Positions 15,501 through 29,200 of a DNA stretch of 64,000 nt are shown piece after piece. The DNA comes from Fimbriosthenelais zetlandica (Eukaryota), in the NCBI GenBank assembly GCA_977030845.1, contig OZ365111.1, forward strand, positions 46,190,001 to 46,254,000, written 5' to 3'. How positions within the stretch are numbered: the stretch's first letter is position 1; every line of letters starts with the position of its first letter. The position numbers and the translations under genes are program-made. The notes under the pieces are model-generated. The model saw nothing but the letters and a program-made list of their open reading frames with translations. It ran no database searches and was not told the origin of the DNA.

Positions 15501-17579
15501 TTGAAAAACAATCACAGTGAAGCATCTTGGTGAAATCGAACCGAAAGCTGAGAAGAGAAACGATGGTCTGTGGCCACATGTCCACCAAATAAGATCAAAG
15601 GCCAGATGATTAAAAACATTAATTGAAAAGTATCCTTGACTTGACAGGGCCATCTCCTTGGACAGCCCTTGTCTTGTCCACAGAGCCAACCGTCGCCTTC
15701 CAAGTGACTTTCCCTCACGGAAATCCACCTAAGTTTTATTACAACCATTGTCCCGCTGTCAATACCCATATTTCTAGATAACTGACAAGAATGAGACCTC
15801 TGAGAATTTTCCCTGACCTCTTGCTATTGTTAGGTGCCTCTGGACGGGATTGAGAGAGGGAAGAAAATGATGATGAGAAGACGGACGACCGCCACCATTG
15901 TCATTGTGTGGTCAATCGGCTTGCCTCGTTTTCATCCAGGTCACCCAGGTCGGCACACCTCTGACCCCTGGACCCAGTCAAGTAGCCCTGTGAGTATGCC
16001 AAAGTGAATTCACAAGCCAAGGGTTAAAGACCTTTTTTCCAATTCCCAATAACTATTCCATTGAAAGAAGTGAAAATTACTCTTAAATAGTACCACTGAA
16101 CCTCTAACAAGGTCTTTGATGCTAATGAATTCTTCAAAGAATCAAAGAAGTCCTATTTTTGAATTTTTCAATAGTTCATTGCCACTTGTCAAGGAAATTT
16201 TCACCTCTGAAAAGAGTTAAAGGATAATCATCAGGTATCTCAATTGGATGTCCCACGCGAGATAGTGTTTTGCCCTAAAAAGAATCTCTCACATCTTTTG
16301 GTTATTTGCTTCTATTGTGGGAAGTCCTTGCAGCGAGTTTTATTTGATTAATACCCCGTAGACAGACAAGGCCTGAATAGAGTAACCTGACACGCTGTAT
16401 CCAACTCTAAATGAAAAGAGTTTTTATAAAGGTGCTATATCATCACATAGGGTGCTATGTCAGCCTCAGATCAGAGGAACCCAAACCTAAAGATGTCTAT
16501 CTGAGGTATTTGTGAAGAAAAAAAAAAAGGGAATTGATGTAACAAAGATCTAATCGATCGTGGATAGTTTGCTGTCAATGGCAGTTGTCCACCCGATTTA
16601 TTACACAAGAATTCACTGTCAACTTGGTGAAGTGACTGTCAAGACTCTGAGACTTCTGTCAAGGAGTCTTTTCTAATGTTTAGAACACCAATGGAGAATG
16701 CACATTCCATCAGAAAAATATATAATAGAGATATTGTACTTGTTGAATGTTAAACCGTTGAATAAGAATGAAAAATTCATTTTTTAAGTGAAATTTTAAT
16801 CGCCAAATCCCGTTGTTAATCCAGATGATGAGTATCAAAATAATATCTCTGGCCAAATTAAAAAAGAACAAGCAGGTGTCTAAGCCTCCTAATCTCCTTT
16901 GCGTAAGTCAAGATGGTTTCTTTAAGAAAAACGCCATGTTCTATCTAACCTCTCTCTAATTGTGGCCAGACATCTTAGTCCATCAGACTGGAGTCTGGAA
17001 TCGGGCGTCTGTGAGAAAGTGGAAGGGTATATTTTATCTTAATATCAAACACTTTGCCGACAGCTCTTAACACAGACATCAGACGGGATGCAAATGGTGG
17101 TGGCTGCTCCATCTTACCCAACTAAACCAGGGCTAAAGACGAGCGAACCTTCTAATTTAGACGTTGATTGCAGCTACCAAGGCTTAACCTGGGTGGTCAT
17201 TATGTTATCAATGGATGATCAAGGTCTAACCAATAATCACTGCCGCCTCATTCAAGGTGGGCGTCATATATATTTTGCAGGTGGGTGGGTAGTTGAGGAG
17301 CAGAGTGGGTGGGTAAAGGGGAGTGGTGGATGAGGAAAGGGCCTCGGTAAATCTTGGCACCCTACCTGTAATATTGATTCACATGGGTAATTTATTGGGA
17401 TACTTTCGTTTTGCAACAAAGGTGTTAATTATAGCTGTGCCTGGTTAAGAATGATGGATGTTTATTTTGGTTCTTGATGGTCAAATAATGTGTCACTGAT
17501 ATTTGAGTTGATGGGTGCCCTCAGACAATGGATCCCGGCCCTATAATATAGATCAAAATATACCAGGGGTAAGATTTCC

Positions 17580-17621
17580 CATAGACTTAGCATTGCTAAT
17601 GATTGTTCTAAAACAGGCCCC
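17580..17621. mobile_element. Third partial copy of the palindromic mini-element
   Basis: catagacttagcattgctaatg is identical to the 38322 copy and is followed by aaacaggcccc. Confidence 0.55.
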
Positions 17622-20079
17622 TATATAATCTCTGTTTCAAGAAGTGTAGAGATTTATATGAAATGGGATATTTCGTACTTAGAAAATTTGAATATAGAAC
17701 ATAGAAAATTGGATGGACATTTTGAGAGGGGGGCCCAAGCCCGTGTCCCTATATTAATAAAACACCAAGTGTCATCTGCATGGACCCCATGGGTTGTCGG
17801 CCCCTCCCTTCTAGGCTATACCTGACTCCACCTTGAGCCCTCCCGCTGGGAGAGACCATATATTTAAGCATTGTCAATCATACTAGACGCTATAGTTCTG
17901 ACCATTGTGAAAAGGGACACCCATATTCCCCGCCTGTGTTCAATTGTTAATCGTGTCTATACCAGGGGGTGTGAATGAGCGATCCTTCCCAGAAGCTCCA
18001 CGTTGGCACATGGCATTATGAATCATCCATAAGCCGTCCTAAGCTTTAGATCAACTAGGGTTTAAGTGCCCAAGACATGTACAACCCTTAAACAGAAGGG
18101 GAGGGGATAAAGGATAAGAACGCATCATTTCTGTCTTATGTCTTAAGACACATTTAAGATGTCATCAAGGCTGCTGTAGGGTCATCAATAGGGTTGTCGT
18201 TTCCCCAGACGACAAAACCGCAGTAACTGCTTCAGAATAGCATGTATTATAATATGAACTCTGTATGTATGATCCCTATATTGGGTCTTTAGGTGTTTAC
18301 AGGGATACAAAATGATATTTCATGTGAAAGGTGACCAAGGAGTAAGCAGCATGAAAACAACTGTCGTTCACGGTTGAGCAGCCATGTTACATTATTCTCC
18401 CGCGTTTTGTAAAACATTCCATGATTCACCATGATTTATCACCGATAATTCAGGCAGTGATATCGGTGAGAAAATGAAGAGAAAATGAAACCGTGTAGTG
18501 ATTACACTGGCAAAAACATACCCCCGACCGCATAAAACATTCTAGATTGACTTCAGATGCCAAAAAAACGAAACTTTGACAAGTTTATGGCCTTATTGAT
18601 TGCGTCTGTTGTCTGAATATACAATTATTCGGTGCATTAACATGAATATTTATGTGAAATTCTAATACGATAAAGGGCATTTGATTGCACAGGATACTTT
18701 TCCACGCTATGGGCTTACGTACTTATGCTGTCATGCTTTTTTGCCAGAAACAAAAAAGTACTTGTACTCAGGTTCAGTGTTGGGATGACAAAATACCTAT
18801 ACTGATCGTATTTACTACATTTCCACATGTGTTCATGTAAGCATTGGCTCAATGGATGTTCAAAGCTTTTTAGTGTGAATGCATATGGCATATGATTTTC
18901 TGGTTGATTCCCCAATGTGAAAACTGGAACATTTACATGTATTTTGTAGATCTAATCTTTTTTTTGTATTATTCATGTTGCTTTATGAAGGAACTTATTT
19001 GAATTTCAAATATACCCTTCAAGAGCACACGTCGTTGGTGGTGGGGGTCAAATGCATAATTTAGGAAATATGTAAACTACTTTATATTTATGTGCCACCC
19101 ACTTTAAATGCCCAGCCTGGGTTATCTCTGCTTGACTGTCTGTATCGACCTGGCCCTAGGCTAGAAACTGACCAAAGTAATATGACTGAAAGATGTCTAG
19201 ATCATTTTCAAAACGGTCAGGCTTGACATGCAAAAGTGTGGTCATCCTGCTCGGCTAAAGAATGGACCAATGGTTCTCACACACTTTGACACACGGGTCA
19301 AATTCCTGGCTACATGGATACAGCGAAACCGTTGACATTGCTACTCTTTTGTCATATTTCATGAAGACTACAAAATGGTGAACATTAGAAAATGACAGTG
19401 TTATAAATTGGCTTTCAAAAACCATTGACCTTTGGAAAGACTTTCCCCTTTGATACAGAACCTTTTAGCTTTTCATGTATATGATATGTACCTATTTTGC
19501 ATATTTATGATTCATTGCCTGATTTCATGGGAACTTTTGTGAATTTCAGTGAAGATGAAGATGAGCTATCCTTTCCCAAACAGACGATTTAAGCCTGGAA
19601 GATTGGTCATGCAATAAGAAGAAAGATTTTAAAGGTAATACTGTTTTATATTACCATAACTGAGGTTTTCCCTTTAAAAGGTTTGAGTCAATATTATGTA
19701 GTCCATCTTGTTTAATCTGATTTCAAGAATAGCGTATACTTCACAACTATATAAATATACATCATTCACATTTTTTGACAATCTTTTACTATATCAAATT
19801 GAAAGCGAACAAAATAGTGGTGGGCGTTGAATAGTGATTGACTCCCTGTGAATCAATCCCATTGAAGAATACAACTGAGCTTCTTATATAAAATACCAGC
19901 CATGCAGAAATAACAATTTCATTCACTTCTGCATACTACCAAGGATTTTTATACTGCGATCAACTACGAAGTAAATTTCAATATTTCGCGTGGGTTTTTG
20001 ACAGTTTGGCCAAATGCAGGCTGAGGTGTATGGACATGTCATAGTTTACAAACAGTAGGTCTCATTGGCTCCAGCTGCA

Positions 20080-21189
20080 AGGCTGTATCCAAAGTCTCTC
20101 AGAGGGAGATGTCCATCGGCCCTATAGGAGATGAGTGTGCGAGGGGCATTGTCACGGTCCAGTGACTTTCACGTGACTACCTAAAGGGAGTTGGTTGGTC
20201 ATGGTCCCTTTAAGAGGTGGCTACCGTGCTCGTGGAGGGTTAGTCTGCTACCTGCAGGTGTACCGTGCACAGGTGTGCTTCATATACAAACCACTGACTA
20301 TACATATACCCATGGCTCTCTCCTGGACTTAGGTAAAGGTCCCAGAGCCTACCATCGCGTGTATAGAGCAAGGCCTTAGCGTGAGAGACACATATTTGGA
20401 TGCTTGGAAGGAGTGTCAGGGAGACAGGCAGTAAAAGGACACACCTTTCTACATACCTTACCACTCAGACACAGCCTCAGGAGGTGGAAGAGGAGGAGGG
20501 CTGACAGGATATTTGGATATTTACCAAATTTAAAGTCGCGTCTCTTTTGGATTTGGACCAAGTCAGTTAAAGACTTTTTCGCCCTTGGATTTTTCCACTT
20601 TTTTTGAGAAACCACCGCGGAAGGAATTTTTGCCTTTGGGGTGTGAAGTTTTTGACAGAGAGGAAAGTAAGAGGATGCCAAGGAGTGGAATTTAAGAAAA
20701 CCGTTCCCTGGCAAACGATTGAATTCTCCAGGGCATCATTGTGAAAAGAAGAATCCAACTTTTTATTCTCTTCTCAGGTTAAAGTTATTAGACTTTAAGA
20801 GGATATATTAATGACTTAACAAACTTTCATCATTGGAATATTATACCTTCATCAACAGATAGTCTCAGCAGTGTTGACTGTCATTTGATTAATATACTCA
20901 TTTTAAGGAAGTGGTTGTGATCCTACCTTCACAACCTTGTACTGGAACACTAGGACCTATAAAGACATAATTAATTATATCTGTGCTTAATTAGAACATC
21001 AGACTTGGATACCTCTGGGTCGTTAGATCCCCGTTAATTAGAGGAGACCTTGTTCTCCTGGCTGACATATTGGAGACACCGCTGATTAGGGTGATTTAGA
21101 CCATTACCGTACTGCAATGATCGACCCCAAGTCCCGTCATCAACAGGGGGCTCTACATCGACACTGATTACCCATCAAACAAGAAAAAG
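20080..21189 (+). promoter_or_regulatory. Candidate promoter / non-coding first exon of the SH3 gene
   Basis: Ends at a strong donor AAG|gtgagt (21189/21190) upstream of the 23114 acceptor. TCACGTGA E-box at 20169..20176 and CAGGTG at 20255 and 20270. All three frames close across the junction. The 5' boundary is a guess. Confidence 0.35.
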
Positions 21190-23146
21190 GTGAGTTATTT
21201 TTCTTATATCTTGCAATAATAAGACACTAATTGCCATTATCTATATCGATGCAGTAATACGTTCCCATGGTTCGTCCCATTGTACTTGAACAAACATCCA
21301 TGCAATATAAATTCCATCCGTCAAGCATTGTTAGACTATCAATCTGTGGGAGATTTATGTACATTGTCCTTGCAAATTTGGTTCACGGCTTGCAGGCGGA
21401 AACTTGTCCTTCTATTCACCCCTGGGGAAAGACTTTGATAAAATCACAGAAATATTCTAGGGTCAATGATCTCAAGGTCCCGTCCAAACCTTCATGGACT
21501 CTAAGTTGAACTTTACACTGATTTTCCATGTTAACCCACTCTCATTACCCCGTTCATACTTTTACAATAATTAATCATCATTTTGGCTTTTGATCCCCAA
21601 GACATCGATTCGGCCATTACCCTAGGCATGAAGATGAAAATCAAAACATGCAGACTAATTAAATATGCTAATTAAAGGCTTAATGAATGTCATTAACTTC
21701 TGAAATATGAAATAATAACCCGGGAATGGTATTGCTAGGAAGAAACGTCTGAGGAAGGTGACAGCTAGAGTTCTATGATTTGAAGAGATGTAAAGATCCG
21801 CCAAGTGATAATTCATCACTCGTATGACACTTTATAGATGAAAGATATGACAGAGGGAAGTTGCATTGAATTTCTTTAACTCATTATGTTGATTGTTACC
21901 TTATTCCGATATGGTTAGCTTAGCATTTTAGATTTCCCGGAGATGGGTACAATGCCAAGTGAAAGATTGAATCTTCGTGCAGATTGTCGCTTTGTTTTGC
22001 TCATGTTGTCACATACCAACATATTTTGATAGGTGTGTATACATGTGTACGGGTGCAGTGAATGTGTGAATGGTGGTAGCGACATGCTGGTGACCACAGT
22101 TTGGTTGTATCCAGGTGTTTAGATGAAGGGAGAAACTGTCAGGCTGAACGTCAGCTTTAAGAGCAGTGGAGACCTCCCCCCCCCACCCCATGCCTGACAC
22201 ACACCTCACCTACTGCCAAACTGAGTGAGATATGGGTGTATGTGTGAAGTGGGTGTGATGACCACAAGTTTGTACAGTTATATTTGCCTATATCCATGAT
22301 CCCAGGACCATTTATATAGACATGCAGACCAAACCATACCAGACACGAACATGAGAAATTATCCCGACAAATTATCCCCACAACTAAAGGAATTTATCCC
22401 TCACGTACTTAGCCTAATGATTTCTTCTGGTAAATTTATGGATCAACGGAATTTATTTCTCATTAGTTTTGCCTAATGATGATTTTAAGGATGCATATAG
22501 AGAATAGAGAAAGACGCATATGAAAAAGAAGTGAAAAATGCTCAGTTGCAAAAAAAAGTCTAACAAAAGAATGGAATGGGAGGCATCCTGACCAGATTTG
22601 AGACATTCCTGTGACAACCATTTGCTTCAGCTGTTTCTCATATTTGTTTAACTTTAGCTCAACACGTGTAAGGTGAATGGTGAAAGCAATGTATCAGTAC
22701 AGGTTCCCTTTGCTTGCTTTACCTTTTGTGTTCCCACCAGCTGTTACTTCAGACTAATCCCCTTTCCCCCCTGAATATACAATGTATCTCAATGTACTGA
22801 GTGTCACTCAGCCATGGACTCTTTATGGTATTTAAGCTGGACATACAGGTCTGCTGAAACCCATTGAATCCCATAAGTGATGTTTTGTATTTCTCGGAAG
22901 GGCGGGGTCCCCCAGGTAGCTCCCTCCCACCAGCTGGAACATACTGGTGGCATTGTGCCCGTGATCCTGCTAGATTACTGTCATGGCATCTTGAATCATC
23001 TTGACATATTATGAATGATTGATAGATACATTCCCTTCCCACTGAACATACAAACATGTAACATTCTGTAATGTTGTCACAGTTGGTTTACCATTGTTTT
23101 TATTTCATTCCAGGCTTGTTTCTCACATACGTAACTGACAGTCACA

Positions 23147-23204
23147 ATGGCCAACTTGTGTTCAGCGTATCTTGGCAATAAAAGCTTCAGCCTCCCCAGA
23201 TTTG
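23147..23204 (+). CDS. SH3 adaptor coding exon 1 (MANLCSAYLGNKSFSLPRF-G); the exon starts at 23114 as 5'UTR
   Basis: Acceptor tttcattccag|G at 23113/23114, ATG at 23147, donor G|gtaagt at 23204/23205. Phase 1 matches the next exon. Absent from the ORF track because it is short. Confidence 0.75.
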
Positions 23205-26200
23205 GTAAGTATTAGAAATGTTTATAATATTGCTATTTTCCCACATAAATCATGAGCATTGAAATTCATAAGACACCTCTCGTCTATTCAGTGATCATGA
23301 ATAGAACCACTTCTCAACTTGCCCCTAAGTAACTGCACTGACCCTTCTCTTCACCGATGGTGCCTTTTTGAGAAAGACTTGCACACTAAAGGCAATACAC
23401 AATATTTCCTGTGTATTCCATGCGCTCAATCATAAAGTGCGACTGAAATACAGGGGTGCAAAACTTTGTCATGATCACGATGAATCAACAAGGATCACAC
23501 GTGTCTGTGGGTATGAATGAGTTAAAATCGGGGAGTGAAATGGGAGAGAGGCATCTACCTGACACCTTAGAGTCGCCATCTATTTAAGACTAGGAATGTC
23601 ATGACAAACAGGTGGTCACGTTGATTCGGGTGTCCCTTCTCTTCACTCCCACCCATCCTCTGCTATCCTCAAAATCACAACTAAATCAAACTTCAATATT
23701 GACATGCTTTCCCCAGCCCGTTTCGGGTGGCAAACTTATGTTTGCTTTGATCCAAGGGGAAATGTGTGCTTGACACAGTTCAGGTGGTGCCACCTCGCGG
23801 AATTAATCTTAAACCCCACAGCCCAAAACCCAATCAAGGAAAAGAAAACGCAAGTTTGGTTAGGTGTCAAAAGGGATATTGCCATGCATTATGTAGTAAA
23901 TATCTCTCGATATTTGCTGAATATTACCAGAGGAATTCTTGTTCAATAGATTTGGCCTTCGTGAACTGATATTTTTGTCCATGAATAAGCTGTCAAATGG
24001 AGTTTGGCCCTGTTTGGACCAACTTGTGAACAAATAATCATGTTTGAACATTTTTTTGCCCCAAAGCTGCCTTTAAAAAACTAAACATTATTCTCCAGCA
24101 TGTATTGTACACAAAATGACCTAAGGGACAGCCCGGTAAATCAACAAATATCTTGATAAAACCTCTAAATTTAGAAGAAAAAAGAAGGTGTTGAAGAACT
24201 GGGTATTAAAACACCCCCGTGGATGTTCTAAAAGGGGCCATTATAAAAAAGCTTTGCATTTAAAGGAGTGAAGAATCCCTCGCTTCTATCCAAAGTTGAT
24301 CTTTTAGCTCACGTTCCAGGTGTTTGTGAGGCCACTCCTACAGACACCAGAGATCAAATACCTGTAGGCCAAGGATCCACGGGGATCAAAGGGGCAAACA
24401 ATGGATCAGCTGCCAAGATCCAAGATCTCCCTGGAAACTGGTCGGAAACAGGCCCTCACTAAAAAGTTAAAATCTGGGGTCTACATTATGCAGTGGGAAC
24501 TCATTTAAATGAAGGGGATTTTATCAATATTTTACGCTTCATTTTGAAGGAAGTTCGACTAGATATTTGCTATGCAACAAAATAAAATGAACCTTTTTGT
24601 CCGAGGACATCCAATCGTCCTTCCTCTGTTAAACTATTATTTGGACATAGCTAGGCTTAAAGCTGTCCATTTTGAATCATCAGTGTGATTAGAGGATCCT
24701 AAGGATCAGTGTTCAGGACACGGTCATTTTGACCTGGTTTATGGACACCAAGATATTTACCTAAATGCACTTTGCAGTACTTCATGCACATGCTAATCCA
24801 TCTTCAGAGTGAATGCCTTTAACTAAGTCACTTAAACATTCGAACAATTGGACGACCATTACTGGTCCCTTTAAGAAATCATCATAATATTTATGTCTGT
24901 TCTTCAACGGATTATATTTCTTATTGTGAGACTCGTATGGATAAGGTCATCGGATCACCGTTTACACCATTTTCCATGTTAAGATTCACCGCATTGTGAG
25001 AAGCCCAATGAACTTGCATGTGGTTTCTTCTTTTCCTGTCCTGTTAACCTATTGAAAGCCATTCATTGCTTGAGCTGGGCAGTCTAATAACCGTGATCCT
25101 ATTCACACCATGCTTCTGCATGGATGCCATTCGTGATAGTGGTGAACAATCGTATCTTTATCTTTTAAGGGACCGTGCAGGCCCTCTTTTAATTTCACAT
25201 GCTATTCCATTTGTAACATGTCTCTAGCATGCCGCATGCCAGACTCATTGTCTTGTTGCTGTCTTTTGGAGAGGTTGAGAAATGAGTATAGGACTTGGAG
25301 CGTGAAGGTTACTCATGTAACCTGTCTATTTTCATGTGTCTCACAAAGAAGGGGCATGTGCATGAGGCATGACGCCACCCCAAGAGATAAAGGTGCAGGA
25401 GTATGGCATCTTTAAATCTATGATCAGATGCAAGATCACAATCCAGGCGCGTATTTAAGGGGGAGGGTCCGGAGTATACGTCTCCTAATTGATTTTTGTC
25501 ATTCAAATACCCCCGACCCACCCTCGGCTATTTTTGACGGGGGCTGACCCGTCTGAAATCAAGACTTTTGATTTTCCGTTATATAATATTTATTGGGCAA
25601 TATTAATCACCGTTAACTGTGGTATTGTGTACCCAAGGACCTGCAATTTGACAGATCATGAGCCTGGCAGTTATTGCCCAAATAACCAGTAGACATGCAT
25701 ATTTGTAGTCGCCACTTGTTGTTGACTGACTAAGGTGTTGGCAAAGTTGAACCCACGACGGTTTGTTCGTGCGCTCTTGTATCCAAGCTGTAAAAAAACC
25801 TGATCCCAACTTGATGTTTGATCAGTGTTTTACTCGCCTGCCCGGCCAGGTAGCGAAAGATGTTTTCAATGACAGCTGTGTTTAACAATCTCTGGATTAG
25901 AAATGCAGCCCTGAATGTCAATTGTGTTTGTATCCTGGATCACATAGCCACTGATCCCCATTTGAAACTGTTTTGATTCAAATTTGAACCCAGGGATTAT
26001 GGAAATGTCAGTTCTTTTTGGGGAGACTACATGTGTCTAACTGAAAAGGAAGATTCTTAACTGAAATAAAGAAAGTGGGATCTTGAAGACAGAAACAAAA
26101 CATTGTGTCTTGAAAGGGGATTTTCTTTTAATGGCCCCCTAAAGATCCACCCATCCCTGAAAAACAATGCCTGCGTGACTTGAAAGTTTCTACTCTCGTC

Positions 26201-29200
26201 TGGACCAAATAACCCTGGGTGCCAAACCTATGGGTCAGTAACTTTCAACTGATGACAAATAATAGTCATCACCCACTTGTGAAGCATACATACACGCAAT
26301 ATTCCTGCACTCTAAGATTCTCATGCACGCTGGACTTGGGTGTATGAAGAAACAGAGCAGTTGAAAAATCAAAGAAAATCCTTGTTGATCTTGGCACAAA
26401 AGAAGGTGACTTTCTCAGGCTCAAGTGAACGTCCTTAGTTTGTTAACAGCTTCAGAAGTGTGAATTGAATGAGTGGCCAGGTGAGAGGGAAATATTTACA
26501 CAGACGGGTCAAAAAGAGGTTTATTTAATGTCCTGTCCAGTGCAGACTTCATAAGAAAAGCCAAACGTCATGCTTCTTCAAGGCTGGCCTTGGTCGACTT
26601 AAATTTTCCCAGCGCTCTAGAACATCCCTGGGATTTTAAAAACTGCCTTCTGTAAATGACGGTGGTCCCCCACCCTTTTGTAATTAACACTTTCCTTTGT
26701 AGCCCGGGTCTCTTATGCTCCACTTGTTTTCTGAAGAGAAGGTTTTCCACTAACACCAATTTATAAAGCCTAGTCTATTTGGAGGAGAATATAACCAAGA
26801 AAGAAGACTGAGTTAATAGTGATATTCCCTATACTGGACTAGTACTGGTGTTGACAGACCTGTAATTAATACAATAATTGCGAGGCACAATCAACTAATT
26901 TAATGTAGCCAGCCAAAGTAACCACAGGTGTGGAAAATCACCCTTTAAGCTCTACCCATTGATTCAGGCTTTCTGTCCTACCACCCGGCTCAACTGATCT
27001 TGACCCATTGAGAGCCATTCTCACCATACACAGTAATTTTCCCAGGCACAATATCAATGGGGCTAATTGTGTAAACAAAAAGTATGTTAAATTCCCATTG
27101 GAATTTTACACTTGTACGTTTACTTCAAGGAAGGAGTTCGTGTTTCTGAGACAATCTTTAGAAAGCCTTTAATAATGGTCTCGATGATGTTGATTCAATA
27201 GAGTGACGTAATGGAACCGACCGTAATGGTGGTTCTCAACAGACTTCAAAGGAAGGAAAAGGTGGAATGTGCTAGGAGGAAATGGCTCCTATTTCCCAAC
27301 TAAATAGTCAGTCAACACTATCCAGAAAGACACTCTCCAAAAATAGATCGAAAGTAACTGTCAAAAATAAACTATAATGGAAGACAAATGACCACCCGAA
27401 TTTGGACGATTGTCTCATTATGAACAAAGAAGTGGTGAGAAGCAGTGATACCTTAATTTCGCTTGATCCAGTGTTTTAAAGGATTATATTTCTAGAGTTG
27501 GAAGCTTCACTGCCCCGGCAAACTTTGTACCTGTGTACGGCCACCTAGTCCTAATACCTCAGAGACTATATGGGGGGATTGGATGTCCCTAGTACAACAA
27601 TTACCAACGTTCCTCTCCAAGAGGTGTCAGGTTGATTTAAGAAAGTGAAAGGACAACTCCCCCACATTGGCAGTTCCTATTGGAAACAGATCCCGAGTCA
27701 ACTTTTATAGACACAGCTCGGGTTCCCTTCGTTATAAGCCTTAGTTTACACAAGTGTAAAATTGAGACATTCCAATGGGTTGTTTCAATGGGGGCAGTAA
27801 TTATTAAAACGAAATTACAAGTGGCCGCTGGCGTGGATTTGTTTGCTGTCAGATTGAATCTCACTTTTACTGACAGGAAGCGTAGGATTGTCCATTGACT
27901 TCCTTACTCAGTCCTTGTATTCTTTGTCTAGAACAAGTTTAATTCAAGCTTCAAACATCGGGGCCTTGTCGAATGTGGAACTTTGATATCTTTGTTGCAA
28001 AACAAGGCAAACAGCAAGTGGCCTATACATGCCTTGGGGCATTGAACCCCGCAGTATATCTACAACCAAAAGGTTGTGCACCTGCAAGATTGTATGGTAG
28101 AAGCTTTTCTGTATCAGTATCAGGAATGATGACCTTTAATCTTTTGACCTTGGGTTCCTAGCCCTGCTGTTTTGGTATTCCAGTATTCAAAGCCACTTGA
28201 AAGTTTACGACAGACGCTATTATAATCGGGAATTATTTTCCCTTTCGTTTCTCTCCACTCAGCCATAGATGACAATGAATATGGGTGGTAAAATCATTGC
28301 ATCATTACAACACAAAACCTCGCTAATTCCAATCCCAGTATTAACGACAATATAATTGTTATGGGTAAACCAAGCCGGACTAATCCTAATGGCTTCCAAC
28401 ACCAGTTCTGCAATTGACATTTACTGATTTGACAAGCAGGTGGAGTTGAATGACTTTCTCATTTCCACAATAAACCCGAGGCGCCTCCGTTGCAAAGGGC
28501 AGTGGCATTAACATGAGAGGATAAAAGACTGCGGAGATTGGGTTGGATGAACCGTGGTTAAAGTCATTGTAAAACCAAATTTCCACCTTAAAAAAACATC
28601 GCCTTGTCACAGGACGGATGTTGTGGTTGTGACATTTGAATTTAACTCCCAATATTGAGTGGAATGTTGCTCTTTCTCACACTTTTCTGAATTAATGTAT
28701 TCAATTGTTGGCCTTGACTCTATTGAGCCTATTACCATATAATAGCATCCAAGTCAATGTCAAATTATATTTCGATCAAATTCAGAAAACCAATTACTAT
28801 TTTCCGAATAGACAAAAGTAGGTAATGGGAGATATTCAAATTAAGATTTATATGACTTGGTCTTGGCTCCTATCAAGGACAAGTGGTCCTTTTATTGTTA
28901 TCTGAACTATCTGAAATCAAAAGGCAGTTAGATAGAAAGTGTGTTAGGTGTACATCTTATCCTATCTAAATATGGACAGTGGTTAGGTCTATTTTATCCC
29001 CTTAAAATATGCTTATCTCAAAGGCTACCTGTTTGCCCGGCCCACCAAACACCGGGAACTTCCGGGGGGAAACATGACCAACAGTTTACCCTGGCGAGCA
29101 TTATCTGTTTGAATGACCTGTGCCAGCAGGCTGGCATGAGAACATCCCATAATTCTGTCCACCTCTGGCTAAGCTAATTATACGGGGGTCTATGTGGACA

